Source of the DNA: an uncultured Pseudomonadota bacterium
Lineage (GTDB): Bacteria; BMS3Abin14
Length of the DNA: 10,858 bases
Assembly (NCBI GenBank): GCA_964454175.1
Contig: CAYVSA010000064.1
Location: 1-10,858 of the forward strand
Direction: 5' to 3'
This document shows positions 6,766 to 10,858 of the stretch, piece after piece (positions within the stretch are counted from its first letter, which is position 1; every line of letters begins with the position of its first letter). The position numbers and the translations under genes were made by a program. The notes under the pieces were generated by a model. It saw only the letters and a program-made list of their open reading frames with translations, made no database searches and was not told where the DNA came from.

Positions 6766-8202
6766 ATGGAGCAAACCTTCTACATCCTCTTGCTGTACCT
6801 CTTCTACGGAGGCTCCTTTTTTGCCATCGGGGTAGCAATAACCTCCCGCAACAGAAGGCTCAGCAGCCTGAGTATCGCAAAATATCTCTGGATATTCGCC
6901 CTCTTTGCATATTTTCACGCAGCACACGAATGGCTGGAGATGTTTTTCAGGCTCAAACCCATTCCCCTGCCCGACACATTCTTTCTCACGGCAAGCATTT
7001 TCAAACTGACGATGGTCTCGTTATCTTTTTTCTTTCTCCTGTTTTTCGGTGCCAGTATTATCAAACCTGAAACCGCCGGTAAAAGAAAATCGTATGTCCT
7101 TTTCTACATTCTGGTTGTCGGTATTCTACTGCCCCTTGCTGTCTCCATGAAAGGTACCCTCAGTATGGAGTATTTCAGCTGGGCTGACTTCAGTGTCAGA
7201 AAGCTTGTCGGTCTTCCCGGAGCACTCCTGTCCGGTACTGGATTTGTACTTTTCTCGACCTCAGTGCGGGACGTCAGTATAAAAGGTGCCCGAAATTTCA
7301 TCGGGGCAGGTTGTACACTCATTATTTACGGGCTACTCACCAGTATAATCCCCTCCGGGACTATTATTCCTATAGTGAACGTACCCATAGAGCTATTTCG
7401 CGGACTGAGCGCCTTTTTGATCCTTCACTTCATGATGAACGCTCTTTACATATTCGATGAGGAGAGAAAGGCCGAGATCGAAGAAAGGCTCAGCCGCTTT
7501 GCCCAGTCGGAAAAGTTAAGTGCTATAGGCAGGCTGGCCGCCGGAGTAGCCCATGAGGTTAACAACCCGCTCTCAAATGTCTCCCTTAACCTTGAAATGA
7601 TCAAGAGGGATCTCGTGAAAAAAGGCCTTCTGGGTGGCCAGGAAAAAAGGATCCAGGCTGTTGAAAGAAATCTGGAAAGAGCTTCAAAGATCACGCAGGA
7701 GCTTCTTAATTTTTCCAGTGAAAGAGATTTGGAGTTTACCGAGATCGGCTCTGAAGAAACATTAAAAAGTGTGATGTATCTTCTGGGTCCACGAAAGAAC
7801 GATTACGACTTTTCAGTAAAATTAAACGGCAGTCCTACTGTCCTTGCTGTTCCGTGGAAGATCGAGGAGGCCCTGTTAAACATCCTCATCAACGCGATGG
7901 ACGCCACCCCCCCCGGGGGGAAGATAGCGATCCATGCGGGAGTTGAGAAGGGGCGCACCGTAATGAGCGTGTCTGACAGCGGATCAGGCATCGAGCCTGG
8001 TGATCTGGATCGTGTGCTGGATCCCTTTTTCACGACAAAAGAGGTGGGTGCGGGGACAGGGCTTGGACTTTCCATCTGTTACGGCATCATGCAGATGCAC
8101 GGCGGAGACCTGGAGATTTCCAGCACTCCCGGTCAGGGCACAACAGTAAAGCTCATCTTTTCTGAAAGGGATCAAACCAATGAACAAGATATTGATAGTT
8201 GA
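6766..8202 (+). CDS. Sensor histidine kinase with a polytopic (about 7 TM) N-terminal domain
   Basis: H-box AHEVNNPL, N-box NILINAMDA, G1 DSGSGI, F-box PFFTTK, G2 GTGLGL; N-terminal ~230 aa are mostly hydrophobic helices. No clear SD, so the exact start is less certain. Confidence 0.93.
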   Translation: MEQTFYILLLYLFYGGSFFAIGVAITSRNRRLSSLSIAKYLWIFALFAYFHAAHEWLEMFFRLKPIPLPDTFFLTASIFKLTMVSLSFFFLLFFGASIIKPETAGKRKSYVLFYILVVGILLPLAVSMKGTLSMEYFSWADFSVRKLVGLPGALLSGTGFVLFSTSVRDVSIKGARNFIGAGCTLIIYGLLTSIIPSGTIIPIVNVPIELFRGLSAFLILHFMMNALYIFDEERKAEIEERLSRFAQSEKLSAIGRLAAGVAHEVNNPLSNVSLNLEMIKRDLVKKGLLGGQEKRIQAVERNLERASKITQELLNFSSERDLEFTEIGSEETLKSVMYLLGPRKNDYDFSVKLNGSPTVLAVPWKIEEALLNILINAMDATPPGGKIAIHAGVEKGRTVMSVSDSGSGIEPGDLDRVLDPFFTTKEVGAGTGLGLSICYGIMQMHGGDLEISSTPGQGTTVKLIFSERDQTNEQDIDS

Positions 8203-8830
8203 TGACGACACCGAACTGAGGGAGTCGATCAGCGAGATCCTTGGCCAGGAGGGTTACGACCTGGACGCTGTACATGACGCCGAAACAGCCCTTGAACTGG
8301 CATCGGATGCAGATTTCGACCTGGTACTGATCGATCTGATAATGCCCGGAATGGGCGGCATGAGCGCTCTGCGCCTGTTCAAGGAAGAGTCTCCGAATAC
8401 GCGCATTGTTGTGATGACGGCCTTTTCAACTGTGGACAATGCCGTTGAGTCCATGAAGCAGGGAGCAGATGATTATATATCCAAGCCCTTCAAGATTCAG
8501 GAGCTGCTGAGTGTCGTTGGGAGAAACCTGGAGGAAGCCCGATTTCTATCGTGTAAAACCTTCCTGGATATGGACGACACATTCAGCAGCCTCGCCAACT
8601 CTATCAGGCGAAAGATAATACTCCTGCTCCGAAGGGAGGTCAAAAGGCGTTTCATGGAGATCACACGGGACCTGGAGATCGAAGATCACACGAAAGTCAA
8701 CTTCCACCTCAAAGTCCTGAAGGAATCAGGGCTTATCGAACAGGATTCTGACAAATCCTATAGACTGACCGAGGCCGGGAGCAAGGTCGTCGACTGCCTC
8801 GAATTCTTCAGCAACCACCTGAACACCTGA
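8180..8830 (+). CDS. Response regulator: receiver domain plus ArsR-like winged helix-turn-helix
   Basis: KILIVDDD, IDLIMPG (phospho-Asp), MTAF, DYISKPF; C-terminal FSSLANSIRRKIILLL...NFHLKVLKESGLIEQ...YRLTEAG; overlaps the kinase by 23 nt. Confidence 0.93.
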   Translation: MNKILIVDDDTELRESISEILGQEGYDLDAVHDAETALELASDADFDLVLIDLIMPGMGGMSALRLFKEESPNTRIVVMTAFSTVDNAVESMKQGADDYISKPFKIQELLSVVGRNLEEARFLSCKTFLDMDDTFSSLANSIRRKIILLLRREVKRRFMEITRDLEIEDHTKVNFHLKVLKESGLIEQDSDKSYRLTEAGSKVVDCLEFFSNHLNT

Positions 8831-8848
8831 TAAAATCAGCGTTTATGA

Positions 8849-8870
8849 TCTGTGAATTTTCCTTCACAGA
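8849..8870. other. Perfect inverted repeat (hairpin or operator) between the response regulator and the cytochrome gene
   Basis: TCTGTGAA-TTTTCC-TTCACAGA, with flanking AGCGT/ACGCT; no strong T-run follows. Confidence 0.5.
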
Positions 8871-9067
8871 ACGCTAATTCCTGTTAATCTAACTAATCTG
8901 GAATATCTGGCAATTTCTGTTACATTCTTGCATAATACCCCTCAGGAACTGATCTTCTTGTTGGGGGAAATCTGATTAAATTGAATTTTAACCGCTAGTG
9001 GTGGTGTGCGACCTTGCCGTTGAATTGCCCTGTCTTGCAGAGGGGCGTTGCAAAAGGAGGGAAGACC

Positions 9068-10117
9068 ATGAAACGAATTGCTCTATTGGTTGCCCTCGGG
9101 GGGATGCTTCTTTTGAGTGTCGCTCCGGTGATGGCGGCCCAGTACGTGGGGTCTGACAAGTGTTTCGAGTGCCACCAGGATGAATATAATTTCTGGCAGT
9201 CGAGTGGACACCCATGGAAGCTCAGGAAGATGGAGAAGGCACGATATGCCAAGCTGCCCCTGCCCCAGGGCTGGGCATGGGAGGACGTCTCCTACGTTAT
9301 CGGCGGAGCCAACTGGAAGGCACGCTTCATTGACAAGAACGGTTATATCATCACGGCAGCCAAGGACGGGTCCGAGGCAAAGACTCAGTATAATCTGGCA
9401 GACGGAAGCTGGTCCTTCTATCACAAGGGCGAGAAAAAGCCCTACAAGTGCGGCCCCTGCCACATGACCGCCTACAAGTCTGAAGGCCACCAGGACGGGC
9501 TGCCCGGTATGATCGGGACCTGGGCTGAAGACGGCATCGGCTGTGAGGAGTGTCACGGCGCCGGGAGTGCACACATCGCCAACCCAAAGGGCGTAAAAAT
9601 ACCTGCCGACACATCGGCCGAAGCCTGCGGCAAGTGCCACCAGAGGGGCGGTATCGGCCCTTATCCGCCAGCAAAAGGCGGCTTCATCCGCCACCACGAG
9701 CAGATCAACGAGCTGCTGGCGGGCGTTCACAAGGACCTTTCCTGTGTCGAGTGCCACGACCCGCATAAACGGGCCGTCCTCGTAGAGGCCAAGTGTGCCG
9801 ATTGCCACGAGGAGCAGGCTGAGTCATTCGCCAAGACGCTTCACGGCAGAACCCAGGTGGAGTGCATCGAGTGTCACATGCCCAAGGCCAGCAAATCGGC
9901 TATCAGTGTGGCAAGCTACACCGGTGACGTGAGGACACACATCTTCAAGATCAACACCGACGCCGATGCGAACATGATCAAAACTGTTGAAAAAGACGGC
10001 AAAAAGACGACCTTCGCGCAGGGGTTCGTCAGTCTTGATTACGCATGTCTCGCCTGCCACCAGGGCCGGGACAAGAAGTGGGCTTCCAAGAAGGCACCGA
10101 AGGTCCACAAGAAGTAA
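9068..10117 (+). CDS. Exported octaheme cytochrome c (349 aa)
   Basis: Start reassigned to ATG 9068 (SD AAAGGAGG, then Sec signal MKRIALLVALGGMLLLSVAPVMAA). Eight CxxCH motifs: CFECH, CGPCH, CEECH, CGKCH, CVECH, CADCH, CIECH, CLACH. Confidence 0.93.
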   Translation: MKRIALLVALGGMLLLSVAPVMAAQYVGSDKCFECHQDEYNFWQSSGHPWKLRKMEKARYAKLPLPQGWAWEDVSYVIGGANWKARFIDKNGYIITAAKDGSEAKTQYNLADGSWSFYHKGEKKPYKCGPCHMTAYKSEGHQDGLPGMIGTWAEDGIGCEECHGAGSAHIANPKGVKIPADTSAEACGKCHQRGGIGPYPPAKGGFIRHHEQINELLAGVHKDLSCVECHDPHKRAVLVEAKCADCHEEQAESFAKTLHGRTQVECIECHMPKASKSAISVASYTGDVRTHIFKINTDADANMIKTVEKDGKKTTFAQGFVSLDYACLACHQGRDKKWASKKAPKVHKK

Positions 10118-10145
10118 CAGCATTTACCGATACACTTTTTCCAGG

Positions 10146-10175
10146 AAAAGGGGCCGCTTAAGCGGCCCCTTTTTT
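10146..10175 (+). terminator. Intrinsic terminator
   Basis: AAAAGGGGCCGC-TTAA-GCGGCCCCTTTTTT: perfect GC stem plus T-run after the cytochrome gene. Confidence 0.9.
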
Positions 10176-10280
10176 GTAATCTCAAATGGCATATAATATA
10201 TTCCGGATAAAGTTATTGGAGATAATTTAAAGAAGCTTGTACGCTCTGACACCAGGATAGAAAGGAGAAAGTTCAGTTAC

Positions 10281-10856
10281 ATGTCACTCCCCTTTCAACT
10301 AAACAACGGCCTCAAGGCAAAAAAGGCCGTGAGCTCGTTGATAATTCTGTTTTTCCTTTCTGTCTTGCTTCCGCAAGGTGCTGCTGCCAGAAGCAGGACC
10401 GAAAAGAACGGCGACCTGCTCATGGTGGCTATCCCTGCGGCCGGTTTCGGGGCGGCAGTGATTCTCAAAGACAGGGAGGGTGTGGGGCAGTTCTCAAGAT
10501 CCTTCCTGCTAAATCTTGGTATTACTTACTCTCTTAAAACCCTCATTAACAAGCAGAGGCCCGATAGTTCCGGGGACGATTCCTTCCCCTCCGGACACAC
10601 ATCTGTTTCCTTCGAGGGGGCTTCTTTTATCCAGACAAGATACGGTTGGAAGTACGGCTTACCTGCTTACGCCGCAGCCTCCTATGTGGCCTGGACCCGG
10701 GTCGAGGCCGACAGGCACGACGGTGTGGACGTCCTTGCAGGTGCGGCCATCGGGATTATCAGCAGCCGGATATTTACAATGCCCCGAAAAGGCTTCAAAG
10801 CGGTACCAAAAGTCCGGAAAAACAGTTTTGGTGTCATCGTTTCGTGGGTCTGGTGA
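10281..10856 (+). CDS. PAP2-family membrane phosphatase (undecaprenyl-PP / lipid A phosphatase-like)
   Basis: All three PAP2 motifs: K-x6-RP (KTLINKQRP), PSGH, R-x5-H-x3-D (RVEADRHDGVD); signal-like N-terminus. The start could alternatively be the GTG at 10329. Confidence 0.88.
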   Translation: MSLPFQLNNGLKAKKAVSSLIILFFLSVLLPQGAAARSRTEKNGDLLMVAIPAAGFGAAVILKDREGVGQFSRSFLLNLGITYSLKTLINKQRPDSSGDDSFPSGHTSVSFEGASFIQTRYGWKYGLPAYAAASYVAWTRVEADRHDGVDVLAGAAIGIISSRIFTMPRKGFKAVPKVRKNSFGVIVSWVW

Positions 10857-10858
10857 GA

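Noticed and set aside
8851..8868. TGTGA...TCACA as a CRP site
   Set aside because: The spacer is 8 nt rather than 6; kept only as an unassigned palindrome.
9014..9067. Upstream TTG start for the cytochrome given in the ORF track
   Set aside because: ATG 9068 has the SD and places the signal peptide at the N-terminus.
9083..9808. 241-aa antisense ORF and other frames over the cytochrome gene
   Set aside because: Shadow of the octaheme gene; no motifs.
10187..10201. TGGCAT -24-like element before the PAP2 gene
   Set aside because: No -12 TTGC at the required spacing.

Overview
Gene-dense bacterial window; gene content, sigma54 promoters and a TTGAC-N4-GTCAA site suggest an anaerobic or microaerobic deltaproteobacterium-like host (inference only). 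From the left: a minus-strand cytochrome c-dependent nitric oxide reductase operon (diheme norC, then norB running off the window edge) under a perfect Crp/Fnr-family palindrome; a sigma54-type promoter before a 71-aa orphan ORF; a sigma70-like promoter and ~190-nt structured leader before a divergent two-subunit biotin-dependent carboxylase (PycA/PycB-like); a bidirectional terminator; a second, convergent sigma54-type promoter before a 78-aa orphan ORF; a multi-TM histidine kinase and a response regulator with an ArsR-like winged-helix output; an exported octaheme cytochrome c; and a PAP2 phosphatase. The best candidates for something undescribed are the two sigma54-driven small ORFs that bracket the carboxylase and share an N-terminal pattern, the structured carboxylase leader (possible novel cis-regulatory RNA), and the substituted carboxyltransferase active site. 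No mobile elements, CRISPR arrays, tRNA or rRNA were seen.
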